In this document: piece by piece, positions 1 to 8,755 of the stretch
Layout of the letters: each line of letters starts with the position of its first letter
Numbering within the stretch: the first letter of the stretch is position 1
IMG/VR virus record: IMGVR_UViG_3300033150_001569
Location: 58,308 to 122,307 of that record
Reading direction: 5' to 3' (one strand)
DNA: 64,000 nt
DNA from: a virus
The notes under the pieces: generated by a model
Databases searched by the model: none
Told to the model about the DNA's origin: nothing
The model's input: the letters and a program-made list of their open reading frames with translations, nothing else
Position numbers and translations under genes: made by a program

Positions 1-2
1 AT

Positions 3-860
3 AATAATTTACGTGGAATATTATGTAGTAATACAATTAAAGCTATTATTAAAGGAAATTTAACTAAAAATAGTAAACAATGTGGAATTAAATTTGATAC
101 TGTTGTTTCAGCACAATTTCCTAGATCACATGGTTTAATTGCAGATAATCTTTCAATTGAAGATTGTACTATTGTATATGGTGCTGGTATTAGAATTGAT
201 GATTTATCTAGTGTAAGTGTTATAAATAATGTTGTATATAAAAGTTATAATGATGGTATTTTAATAGAAGACAATTCTGATTCATCATTTGTTGTTAATA
301 ATATTATTATGGATTGTAATGCAAATGGTATAAAAATAGAAGATAGTATAGATCGTATTTTAGTTTTAAATAATAATAGTTATAATAATGGAACAGATTA
401 TGATTTAGGAATTAATACTCCTAATTCTATAACTAATATTTCATGTAATCCATATTTTGAAGATGTTTCAAATGAAAATTTTGCATTAAAACAGAAATCA
501 CCATGTTTATTTTCTGGTTTTAATATGACAAAAATGGGAAATTTAACTTTAGAAAGAACATTAAAAAATATTTTTAATAATATATTAGTAAGAAATACTT
601 TAGATCATTTATGTAGTTTAAGATTAATATTATTTCCACAAACAGAAAGAAATGGAACAATTAATGTTTCTTCTGTTACTTATGTTGATATTTATTTTAG
701 ATATCCATTTCCAAATAATGATTATCGAGTATTTCTTACTCCAAATGATAATATTAATTTTTGGGTTACAAATAAAACAAAAGATGGATTTAAAATAAAT
801 TTTTCATCTAGTTTTTCTGGTGATGTTGATTGGTTTGTTAAATCATTAGGATTATCATAA
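3..860 (+). CDS. Right-handed parallel beta-helix (pectin-lyase-like) virion protein, 5' partial
   Basis: The frame of the 309 ORF is open back to position 3 (NNLRGILCSNTIKAIIKGN...GAGIRIDDLSSVSVINNVVYKSYNDGILIE). It has repeated GI-x-I/NN-x-I beta-helix turns, the NPYFED..NFALKQKSPC helix-end motif and a C-terminal H-lectin-like fibre tip (YFRYPFPN..TNKTKDGFKI). Confidence 0.7.
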   Translation, partial: NNLRGILCSNTIKAIIKGNLTKNSKQCGIKFDTVVSAQFPRSHGLIADNLSIEDCTIVYGAGIRIDDLSSVSVINNVVYKSYNDGILIEDNSDSSFVVNNIIMDCNANGIKIEDSIDRILVLNNNSYNNGTDYDLGINTPNSITNISCNPYFEDVSNENFALKQKSPCLFSGFNMTKMGNLTLERTLKNIFNNILVRNTLDHLCSLRLILFPQTERNGTINVSSVTYVDIYFRYPFPNNDYRVFLTPNDNINFWVTNKTKDGFKINFSSSFSGDVDWFVKSLGLS

Positions 861-861
861 T

Positions 862-1365
862 ATGGAAATTAATATTTATAAAAAATTAATAAATTATATT
901 AAATCAATTGGTATTGATATAGTTATTAATAGTTTTAAAAATGAATTTCCTTGGTATTATGATATTGTATTAAATGAAAAAACTGTAATATTTTATATGT
1001 TTTTTAGATCTCAACAAAATAAAAATGAAAAAATAATTTTAATATTAGAAACATTAGCTAAATATTTATTTTATTTAAAAAATAAAGAATATAAAAAATA
1101 TATTAATACTTATAATTTTGTTGAAAATAATAAAATTAGTTTAGAATATGCAAAAATAATTTATGATTATAATATTGAAATAAATAAAATTAAATATAAT
1201 CTTTTAAATAAATTAAATATTAATTTAAAAGAAAAATATATTAAAGCAGATGAAGTAAGTAATAAATGGATTTATGAATATATTGTTAATAATAATGGTA
1301 AATATATTCCATTTAAACAATATAAAGAATTTTTAATAAATTATCGAAAAAATTATGTTAAATAA
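862..1365 (+). CDS. Hypothetical protein
   Basis: 167-aa ORF tightly packed between neighbours; no intact motif recognised. Confidence 0.6.
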   Translation: MEINIYKKLINYIKSIGIDIVINSFKNEFPWYYDIVLNEKTVIFYMFFRSQQNKNEKIILILETLAKYLFYLKNKEYKKYINTYNFVENNKISLEYAKIIYDYNIEINKIKYNLLNKLNINLKEKYIKADEVSNKWIYEYIVNNNGKYIPFKQYKEFLINYRKNYVK

Positions 1366-1642
1366 TCAATATTATATTAAAAATTTATTAGAACTATCAA
1401 CTAAACAAGAATATCTTATGAATAATGGTGATATTGTTGTACCGATAAAAATTTGGAACAAAAGAATAAAACCATCAGATTATGATTTATTTTTTCTAGG
1501 TAGAAATCAAAATTGGAAAACAAAATATTATAGTATTCATGATATTATTTGTGAAATAGATCATCCATCTGTTTATATTTTAAGAGGTGGAGAAAAAATT
1601 TTTATAATAAATGATAATGGTGAAAAAGTGGATATAAAATAA
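1355..1642 (+). CDS. Hypothetical protein
   Basis: 95-aa ORF overlapping both neighbours (translational coupling). Confidence 0.6.
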   Translation: MLNNQYYIKNLLELSTKQEYLMNNGDIVVPIKIWNKRIKPSDYDLFFLGRNQNWKTKYYSIHDIICEIDHPSVYILRGGEKIFIINDNGEKVDIK

Positions 1643-1869
1643 TGTCTGATTTTCCAAATTATAATAAAAAAACAATTAATAAAATAAGAAAACAATTAAA
1701 ATTATCTAAAATAAAAACTGGAATAATCAAATGTTTAAATTGTGGTAAAAAATTTAATTCATTTAACATTAAATTAAATAAAATATGTCCTAAATGTTCA
1801 CATAATACTGAAAGAAAAAATACTTATTATAATCCATATCCAATATATTCCGATAATATTAATGAATAA
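1642..1869 (+). CDS. Small zinc-finger protein
   Basis: CLNC-x13-CPKC; TAATG coupling with the upstream gene. Confidence 0.65.
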   Translation: MSDFPNYNKKTINKIRKQLKLSKIKTGIIKCLNCGKKFNSFNIKLNKICPKCSHNTERKNTYYNPYPIYSDNINE

Positions 1870-1890
1870 AAAAATTTAAGGATAAACAAT

Positions 1891-2490
1891 TTGGCAGGTT
1901 ATCGTTATAATATTTATGGTGGTAGAGGAGGAATGACTGTAAGTAGTAAATTTGGAGCAAGTAAAAAAGTAGGTAGAGGAGTATATTTTGGTACTGGTGA
2001 AAGTTTATTCAAAGAAGGTAAATCTAAAATAGGTAGCAGAAATAGATTTGAATTAATGAAGTTTTTTCGTTTTAGAGATATGTTTAGAGCAACAAAAATG
2101 CGAAGTGTTATAGGTATGGTTTTTACTAGAATACAAATGGAAATGTCTCGTATTTTAATAGCAAATTTAAAAGATTCGATAAGAAAAAATGGATGGCATC
2201 CTCATCATTGGTTAACATCTGTAATAGCTAATCGTAGACATCCATTATTAAGAGATAAAAGAAATATGTATAAATCAATATCATTTAAACCAATGCCAGT
2301 TGTTGCAGGTATTACTAGTTTTTGGGTTGGATTTCCAGCAGATAAAAAAGGATTTACTGGTAGTAGAAAGACATCATCTTTAAATATTGCTCAAATTGCT
2401 CAAATTCATGATCAAAGAGGAGCAAGTATGAGAGTAACAAAAAAATGCAAGGATTCTTTTTTAAAGTTTTATATGAAAATTCAAGAATGA
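1891..2490 (+). CDS. Virion morphogenesis / tail-completion protein, N-terminal part
   Basis: TTG start after AAGGA. W-x-P...HPLLRDKRNMYKSI...IAQIHDQRG resembles Mu gpG/HK97 gp10-like proteins. The frame breaks at the A7 run 2439-2445. Confidence 0.6.
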   Translation: MAGYRYNIYGGRGGMTVSSKFGASKKVGRGVYFGTGESLFKEGKSKIGSRNRFELMKFFRFRDMFRATKMRSVIGMVFTRIQMEMSRILIANLKDSIRKNGWHPHHWLTSVIANRRHPLLRDKRNMYKSISFKPMPVVAGITSFWVGFPADKKGFTGSRKTSSLNIAQIAQIHDQRGASMRVTKKCKDSFLKFYMKIQE

Positions 2491-2699
2491 GAAAGAAATT
2501 TCAAGGTGATAAATCTCCTTATTTAATGTATCAAGCAGTTAGAAAAATGTTTCCTGAAGGAATGGTATTAAAAATAAAACCAAGACCATTTTTTACAAGA
2601 GCAATAGAAAAAACATATCGTGAATATCCATTATTATTAGTGTTCCGAAAACAATTGGGAACACAATTAAATTCAATGTTTAATTTTATGCGTATGTAA
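2445..2699 (+). CDS. Virion morphogenesis protein, C-terminal part (-1 frame)
   Basis: Carries IKPRPFF, the family C-terminal IPxRPF motif; joins the upstream ORF by a -1 shift. Confidence 0.6.
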   Translation: MQGFFFKVLYENSRMRKKFQGDKSPYLMYQAVRKMFPEGMVLKIKPRPFFTRAIEKTYREYPLLLVFRKQLGTQLNSMFNFMRM

Positions 2700-2707
2700 G
2701 GATTAAA

Positions 2708-4030
2708 ATGCCAAATATATTATATAATTTTTATAATAAAAATAGAAATTATTATGATTATGATGATGAAGAAATATATCTTGGAGAAGGAATTTGTCGT
2801 TTAAGAGGAATTAATTTCAGAACAGGTAGAGGAGCAATTAATAATCAAGATTTAATATATCCTGTTTCTAGTATAATAACTTTTAATAATTATTCTGCAT
2901 ATGGATTAAATGAATTTTTTAGTTTTGAATTTGAAATTGAATATGATAGAATTTATCAAAAATTATCAAATAGTTATGATCAAGAAACTGATAGTGATAT
3001 AGGAAAAGTTGAATTTCAGGTTAGTAATGATGATGGAATTACTTGGTATAGACATAATGGTTCTAATTGGGTAGTTACTACTGAAATAGGTGATTGGAAT
3101 AGTCCTGAAAATTTACAAAAATATATAAATTCATTTGAGCTAAAATTAAATAGACAAATTAAATTAAGAATGAAGATAACATCTTCAGATAATAGAAAAC
3201 ATACACCAATTATTAAGAAATTAGCATTTGATGTTGAATTTTCCTTTGATTTTGAAGAAGATATTCGTAGAAGTTTCAAGCACTTCTTAGAACAAAATCT
3301 ATTGGTAAATAGAAAATTTACCTTACAAGTAGAACAGACAGATAATTCTATCAAAATTTATAATCATCAAGATGTAACAACAGTAAATAGTTTTAGATGG
3401 GATTTTGAATTAAAAGAAGTTTTTAAAATATATGATCTTACAAATGATGAAGGAAGAACAATAAATCTTTTTGATTCATTTAGTACGGTTGATGGAATTA
3501 GTACTATTAACTTAACTTCTTCGGTTAATGTGGGGAATATCTTAGAAGTTTATGTTGGTGGTATACCAAAAATATTTTTTACAGCAGATGCAGATTATTA
3601 TGTTACTGAAATACCTCATATTGAAATAGATATGAAGGTTGATGAAGATGACATGATAAGAAGTCATACTAAAGTAATAGAAAAAAATGAGCAACTTGAA
3701 TTAGCAAGAGTGAGAAATGATAAAATATTAAAAAAGATAATAACAAAAGTTATGTTTGTTTCAAATACTTTATTAGATGTTATGGCATTTAGTAATAGTT
3801 ATGACAAATTAATTTGTTTTCCTTTAGTTGAAGATCTTAAATCAGAAGCAATTGGTAAAGATTATGATGTTGCTAATATTATAAAAGAAGAACCTAGTGA
3901 AGATTTAGAAGATCAATTATATGCTGAAACATTTTCTCATGATTTAGTTGGAGTTGATTATAGAGGTGAATATAAAGAAGTTAAATTAGTAAAAGAATTT
4001 ATTTTTGATGTTGATATTTTTCGTAAGTAA
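2708..4030 (+). CDS. Putative neck / tail-terminator-like structural protein
   Basis: Position just upstream of the sheath gene; VEFQVSNDDGITWY module typical of large-phage virion proteins. The function is inferred from synteny. Confidence 0.45.
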   Translation: MPNILYNFYNKNRNYYDYDDEEIYLGEGICRLRGINFRTGRGAINNQDLIYPVSSIITFNNYSAYGLNEFFSFEFEIEYDRIYQKLSNSYDQETDSDIGKVEFQVSNDDGITWYRHNGSNWVVTTEIGDWNSPENLQKYINSFELKLNRQIKLRMKITSSDNRKHTPIIKKLAFDVEFSFDFEEDIRRSFKHFLEQNLLVNRKFTLQVEQTDNSIKIYNHQDVTTVNSFRWDFELKEVFKIYDLTNDEGRTINLFDSFSTVDGISTINLTSSVNVGNILEVYVGGIPKIFFTADADYYVTEIPHIEIDMKVDEDDMIRSHTKVIEKNEQLELARVRNDKILKKIITKVMFVSNTLLDVMAFSNSYDKLICFPLVEDLKSEAIGKDYDVANIIKEEPSEDLEDQLYAETFSHDLVGVDYRGEYKEVKLVKEFIFDVDIFRK

Positions 4031-4081
4031 TTTCTTATTAAGTATTCTGTAAATTTAAATAAATTTTGTTTGGAGCAAATA

Positions 4082-4357
4082 ATGAAAAAATATATTCTTA
4101 AAAATTTAGATAATAAACCATGTACATTAAATGTTGCAAAGGTTGATAGAAAAATAGGTGAAGCAATTAATTTAAGTAAAAAAGGAGAATTAAGTAGAGA
4201 AATTTCTGAATTAGAATTTAAATCTAAAGAAATACAAAAAGCATTAAATAAAAAGAAAATAGCAATTTATAAAACTATCGAACCAAAGAAGCAGGAGTTA
4301 AAAATAGAAGAAAATAAAGAAAGTCCTAAACAACCACAACCACAAAAGGGGAAATAA
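4082..4357 (+). CDS. Hypothetical protein (small gene preceding sheath)
   Basis: ATG 4082 follows GGAG; abuts the sheath start. Confidence 0.6.
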   Translation: MKKYILKNLDNKPCTLNVAKVDRKIGEAINLSKKGELSREISELEFKSKEIQKALNKKKIAIYKTIEPKKQELKIEENKESPKQPQPQKGK

Positions 4358-6307
4358 ATGGAAACTTTACATCCTGGTATATATATATTCGATAAAAAAG
4401 CAGAACCAACAATTGAAGGTGTTGGTGTTTCAGCCTGTGGTATTGTAGGTGCTTTTCAAAAAGGACCAACGGATAAACCTGGATTTGTTACTAGTTGGGA
4501 AGCATTTAAAAGAGGTTATGGTAGTTATTATAAAAATCTTCATGCTCCTATTGCAGTAAAAGCATATTTTGATCAAGGTGGTACTAAACTTTATGTAGGA
4601 AGAGTTGCTGGAACTGGTGCTGCACAAGCTGATGTTTCTTTAAAAGATAGTGGTCAAGTAGCTAATACTTTAAAAATTGCTGCAAGAAATCAAGGTGCAT
4701 GGGGTAATTTTATTGAAATAAATACTATTAAGGCTGAAAGTACAACTACTGCTGCATTAAATACTGCTGCTGTAGTTGAAATTCCTGTAACTAGTGCTTT
4801 AAATTTTGAAAAAGGTGATGTTTGTTATATTACTGATGGAACAAATAGTTCTACTTTTGTAGTTTATGAAGTAGATTATGCAAATAATAAATTAAAAATT
4901 AAATCACAAGATTTTTCAAGTAATGTTATTGCTTCTGGTGCAGTAGTTAAAACTTCAAGTAGACATAGAGTTGTTGGAACAATTGCTGAAGCTCTTGAAA
5001 ATGGTGATACTAATTTAAGTTTATCTAAAACAGATGGTCTTTATGTTGGTAGTTTAATAACAATAATTACTTCTACAGATTTAGTTACATTAGAAATTAC
5101 ATCTATTAATGGAAATTCAATTGGATTTGCTGCTTATAGTGGATCTACTATTGCTAGTGGAAGTGATTTTGTTAGTCAAGAATTTAATATAGATGTTTAT
5201 GATGGTGAAGTAATAGTTGAAACTCATGAATTTTTATCAATGATTGATAATAATGAAAATGATTATGTAGAAAAGAAATTATATGGTGATAGTAATACAA
5301 GTAATTATATTGAATGTACTGATTTAGATACTACTAATACTAATAAAGAACAACATATTCCAATTTTTAAAGTAACTAAAACAGGTAAATTACAACCTTT
5401 ATCTGGTGGACTTGATGGTTCTACTCCTGGTGATACTGATTATAAAGGTACTCAAGCACCTGATACTGGAATTCATTTATTTGATAGAATTGATGATATT
5501 ACTACAGTTTGTATTCCAGGTATTACAAGTGTTGGAGTAATTCAATATGGTATTACATGGGCAAGAAATCATAAATATTGTATGTTTCTTGCTGAAGTTC
5601 CTGAAGCTTATGAATATCCTACAGAAGCAAGAGAATTTAGATTGAATGAGCTTAATGTTGATGATAGATTTGGTGCTTTATATTATCCTTGGTTAAAAAT
5701 TGATCATCCTACAATTGATAAACAAATTGTAACTCAACCACCCACAGGACATGTTTTAGGTGTTCATGCTAATGTTGCTGCAACTAGAGGAGTATTTAAA
5801 GCTCCTGCTAATGAATCATTATATAATATTCGTGATTTAACTTATAAAGTAACTGATCCTGAACAAGATATTCTTAATCCAATTGGTGTTAATGCTATTC
5901 GAGTTTTTAAAGGTCTTGGTGTAAGAGTTTATGGTGCTAGAACGTTGCAAAATATTAAAGATGGTTATCATTATATTAACGTAGTTAAATATGTAAATTA
6001 TGTACAACAATCAATAGTAGAAGATACAAGAGATTTACCTTTTGAACCTAATAATGAAGATCTTTGGGAAAGTATTGAAAATAGAGTTTATAAGTTTCTT
6101 TTAACCGAATGGAAAAATGGAGCATTATATCCTAGAAGTGATGCTAAAAAAGCTTTCTTTGTAAAATGTAATACAGAAACTAATATTCAAGCAACTATAG
6201 ATCAAGGAAAAGCAATAGGAGAAATTGGAATTAATCCTGTAAAACCTGCTGAATTTATCATCTTTAATTTTGCATTGTGGGATGGTGGAGCAGAATTTAC
6301 TTCATAA
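4358..6307 (+). CDS. Contractile tail sheath protein
   Basis: HPGIYI N-terminus, GALYYPWL, PPTGHVLG..A..RGVFKAPANE, LNPIGVNAIR, YGARTL, FEPNNEDLW, PVKPAEFIIF. Confidence 0.97.
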   Translation: METLHPGIYIFDKKAEPTIEGVGVSACGIVGAFQKGPTDKPGFVTSWEAFKRGYGSYYKNLHAPIAVKAYFDQGGTKLYVGRVAGTGAAQADVSLKDSGQVANTLKIAARNQGAWGNFIEINTIKAESTTTAALNTAAVVEIPVTSALNFEKGDVCYITDGTNSSTFVVYEVDYANNKLKIKSQDFSSNVIASGAVVKTSSRHRVVGTIAEALENGDTNLSLSKTDGLYVGSLITIITSTDLVTLEITSINGNSIGFAAYSGSTIASGSDFVSQEFNIDVYDGEVIVETHEFLSMIDNNENDYVEKKLYGDSNTSNYIECTDLDTTNTNKEQHIPIFKVTKTGKLQPLSGGLDGSTPGDTDYKGTQAPDTGIHLFDRIDDITTVCIPGITSVGVIQYGITWARNHKYCMFLAEVPEAYEYPTEAREFRLNELNVDDRFGALYYPWLKIDHPTIDKQIVTQPPTGHVLGVHANVAATRGVFKAPANESLYNIRDLTYKVTDPEQDILNPIGVNAIRVFKGLGVRVYGARTLQNIKDGYHYINVVKYVNYVQQSIVEDTRDLPFEPNNEDLWESIENRVYKFLLTEWKNGALYPRSDAKKAFFVKCNTETNIQATIDQGKAIGEIGINPVKPAEFIIFNFALWDGGAEFTS

Positions 6308-6327
6308 ATAAATAAAGGAGAATAAAA

Positions 6328-6834
6328 ATGCCTGAAGCTATAATTTCAACTGGTACTGTAAGGGGCGAAAGACCCAATCCTCTTCGTGGTTTTAAGTTTC
6401 GAGTTAAAGATTTAGAAGGTAATTATTTAGGTGGATATAACAGGATTTCAGGATTAAAAGATAATACTGATGTTTCTGAATATAGAGAAGGGGATCAAAT
6501 AGGTAATTATACTGAAAAAATGGCAGGAATAAGTAATCATGATGATGTAGTACTTGAACGAGGATTTTCTATTCAAGGTTTTATGCGTGAATGGCGTGAT
6601 AAAGTAATGAAATGGGATGATTTAAGTGTTGGACTAGCTGACGATGTTGATGGTTATTATATGGATTTACAAATTGAAGTATTGAATAGAAAAGGTGAAA
6701 TTGTTCGTAAAATTAATTTATATCGTGCTTTTCCAATTTCCTATGAAATAGATGATCTTGATGCTCGTTCAAGTGATGTAATTATGGAAAGAGTAACTTT
6801 AGCATGTGAAGGTACTGAAGTAATAACTATTTAA
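6328..6834 (+). CDS. Major tail tube protein (T4 gp19 / Afp1-like)
   Basis: NPLRGFKFRV, ISGL...EYREG, VVLERG, AFPISYEIDDLDARSSDVIMERVTLACEG; strong AAGGAG RBS. Confidence 0.93.
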   Translation: MPEAIISTGTVRGERPNPLRGFKFRVKDLEGNYLGGYNRISGLKDNTDVSEYREGDQIGNYTEKMAGISNHDDVVLERGFSIQGFMREWRDKVMKWDDLSVGLADDVDGYYMDLQIEVLNRKGEIVRKINLYRAFPISYEIDDLDARSSDVIMERVTLACEGTEVITI

Positions 6835-6856
6835 CAAATTTTAATTTAACTATTTT

Positions 6857-6897
6857 AAAGGGGAATATGGAATTAATATATCCATATTCCCTTTTTT
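6857..6897 (+). terminator. Rho-independent terminator after the major tube gene
   Basis: GGGAATATGGA-9 nt loop-TCCATATTCCC followed by T6. Confidence 0.85.
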
Positions 6898-6910
6898 GTT
6901 GTTGAGGATT

Positions 6911-7606
6911 ATGCCAAATTTAAATAAAGTTGAAGAATATTTTAAAAAAGAAAATAACAAAAATATAAATAAAAGAGAAGATTCAGTTAGATCACATAGA
7001 CCAAATCCATTAAGAGGATTTAATTTTATAGTACATTTTTATAATAATAAATTAGAAAAATCAGGAATAATTGGATTTTCTAAAATTTCTGGTTTAAAAA
7101 TAACTAATAATATTTTTGAAATAAAACATACAGATAATAATGGTGGAACTATTACTTCAAAATTTCCTGGAAATATAACATATCCATCAGTAACATTTGA
7201 AAAAGGTGTTTTACCATATACTCAATTAACAAGTGGTAGAGGATCTTATAATAGAAATGATTTTTATTTTTATGATAAATTAAGAGAATTACAAATATTA
7301 CCATCAACAAAATTTTTTCATAAATTTAATATTTTAATATTACTTTATGATTATAAAGGACAAAGAATAACAGAAGATTCTCCTGCTAGTGCTCAAAAAA
7401 GATGGGCATTAAGAAATGCTCAAATTCAAGATATAGAATTTGGAACTTTAGACGCTAGTAGTAATGATGTTTTAATTGATAAATTTGTTATTGTTCATGA
7501 GGGTATTAAATATGATTATGGAGATTACATATCTGAACCTGATTTAAATAATTCTAATATTTTAAGTGAAATATTTGATATTCCTTTAAGAAAACAACAG
7601 TTATAA
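6911..7606 (+). CDS. Second (minor) tail tube protein
   Basis: Paralog of the 6328 gene: RPNPLRGFNF, FSKISGL, VTFEKG, LDASSNDVLIDKFVIVHEG. ATG 6911 follows GAGG. Confidence 0.85.
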   Translation: MPNLNKVEEYFKKENNKNINKREDSVRSHRPNPLRGFNFIVHFYNNKLEKSGIIGFSKISGLKITNNIFEIKHTDNNGGTITSKFPGNITYPSVTFEKGVLPYTQLTSGRGSYNRNDFYFYDKLRELQILPSTKFFHKFNILILLYDYKGQRITEDSPASAQKRWALRNAQIQDIEFGTLDASSNDVLIDKFVIVHEGIKYDYGDYISEPDLNNSNILSEIFDIPLRKQQL

Positions 7607-7620
7607 TTTTAAATATATTT

Positions 7621-7666
7621 TTAACAATATTATTTTTTAAATTAGTTAAAAATAGAATATTGTTAA
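7621..7666. repeat. Inverted repeat abutting the chaperone RBS
   Basis: TTAACAATATT (7621-7631) / AATATTGTTAA (7656-7666), with an inner ATTTTTTAA / TTAAAAAT stem. Confidence 0.6.
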
Positions 7667-7675
7667 GGAGGAAAA

Positions 7676-8554
7676 ATGGAACAAGAAAAAAATAAAAAAC
7701 AAGAATTAACTTTAGATCAAACTGAAACTAAACCTGAAATTCCCACCATAAGAAAACCACTTACATTTGAATTTGATTTACCTTGTGGAGTTATTAACTC
7801 TAATGGAGAAGTTTGTAAAAAAATTGAAATAAAACCAATGACAGGTAGAGTTAGAAAACAAATAGGTGATGTTAGATATAGAAATAATTTAGTAAAAATT
7901 TCACAAATGCTATTAAGAGAAACTATATTTAAAATAGAAGGTATTGAAAAAATAACTGATAAATTAATATTAAATATGTTATCTGCTGATAGAGATTTTA
8001 TATTACTTAAATTAAAAGAAATTTCAATGCCAAAAAATGAAGAAACTATTTTATTTAGAACTAATTGCACAAATACTATGTGTAATGTAGAAATGGAAAC
8101 AGAATTTAATGTTAAATATGATTTTTCAATTAGAACAATACCAGATGAATTAAATAATAATAAAAATATAATTAATATAAATGGTAATTTTCATAGAATA
8201 TTTGAAGACGAAGATGATGAATTTGGTAAAATTATTATGAGATTACAAACTATGGCAGATCAAGAAGCTGTTGTTAATAAAGTTAATGATAATCCATTAG
8301 AAGCAGAACATATTTTATTATCTAGATTAATTGTTGAATATAATGGTAATAAAAATTTTAGTCCTAATGATTTTGATGATTTAAGTATGCCTGAAATAAA
8401 TTGGATTGAAGAATTAGCAACAAGACATAATTATGGTCCTAATATGACAAAAGAAATTATTTGTCATAATTGTAATACTAAAAATGTTACTACAATAGAT
8501 TTGTTAACTTTTTTATTCCAATCTGGCAGAGGCAAACAGACAATCCAGAATTAG
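7676..8554 (+). CDS. Tail/baseplate assembly chaperone (T4 gp26-like)
   Basis: LPCG..IKPMTG..ADRDFILLKL, two Cys pairs (CTNTMC, CHNC); lies between the tube and tape measure genes. Confidence 0.7.
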   Translation: MEQEKNKKQELTLDQTETKPEIPTIRKPLTFEFDLPCGVINSNGEVCKKIEIKPMTGRVRKQIGDVRYRNNLVKISQMLLRETIFKIEGIEKITDKLILNMLSADRDFILLKLKEISMPKNEETILFRTNCTNTMCNVEMETEFNVKYDFSIRTIPDELNNNKNIININGNFHRIFEDEDDEFGKIIMRLQTMADQEAVVNKVNDNPLEAEHILLSRLIVEYNGNKNFSPNDFDDLSMPEINWIEELATRHNYGPNMTKEIICHNCNTKNVTTIDLLTFLFQSGRGKQTIQN

Positions 8555-8745
8555 AACAAAAACAATTAGAACTGATTGAAAAAGATTTAGATTTATTAGA
8601 TCAAGAAATATTTCATCTAGCTAAGGGATTACGTTGGAATTATCAAGATATTTTAGATATGCCAGAAGCAGATAGAAAAAAATTTGTTAGATTAGAAAGT
8701 GAATATAATGAAAGAATTCGAGATAAAATTGACGATATAAATTAA
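8512..8745 (+). CDS. Frameshift extension of chaperone (DUF6760-like), not in ORF track
   Basis: Open -1 frame FIPIWQRQ...QEIFHLAKGLRWNYQDILDMPEADRKKFVRL...DDIN*. There is no ATG before the conserved motif, and it starts at the slippery T TTT TTA (8509-8515). Confidence 0.75.
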   Translation, partial: FIPIWQRQTDNPELEQKQLELIEKDLDLLDQEIFHLAKGLRWNYQDILDMPEADRKKFVRLESEYNERIRDKIDDIN

Positions 8746-8755
8746 GGAGAAAAAT

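Noticed and set aside
862-1365. Possible IrrE/ImmA-like metallopeptidase
   Set aside because: Only a vague resemblance; the HExxH motif is absent (ILETLAK).
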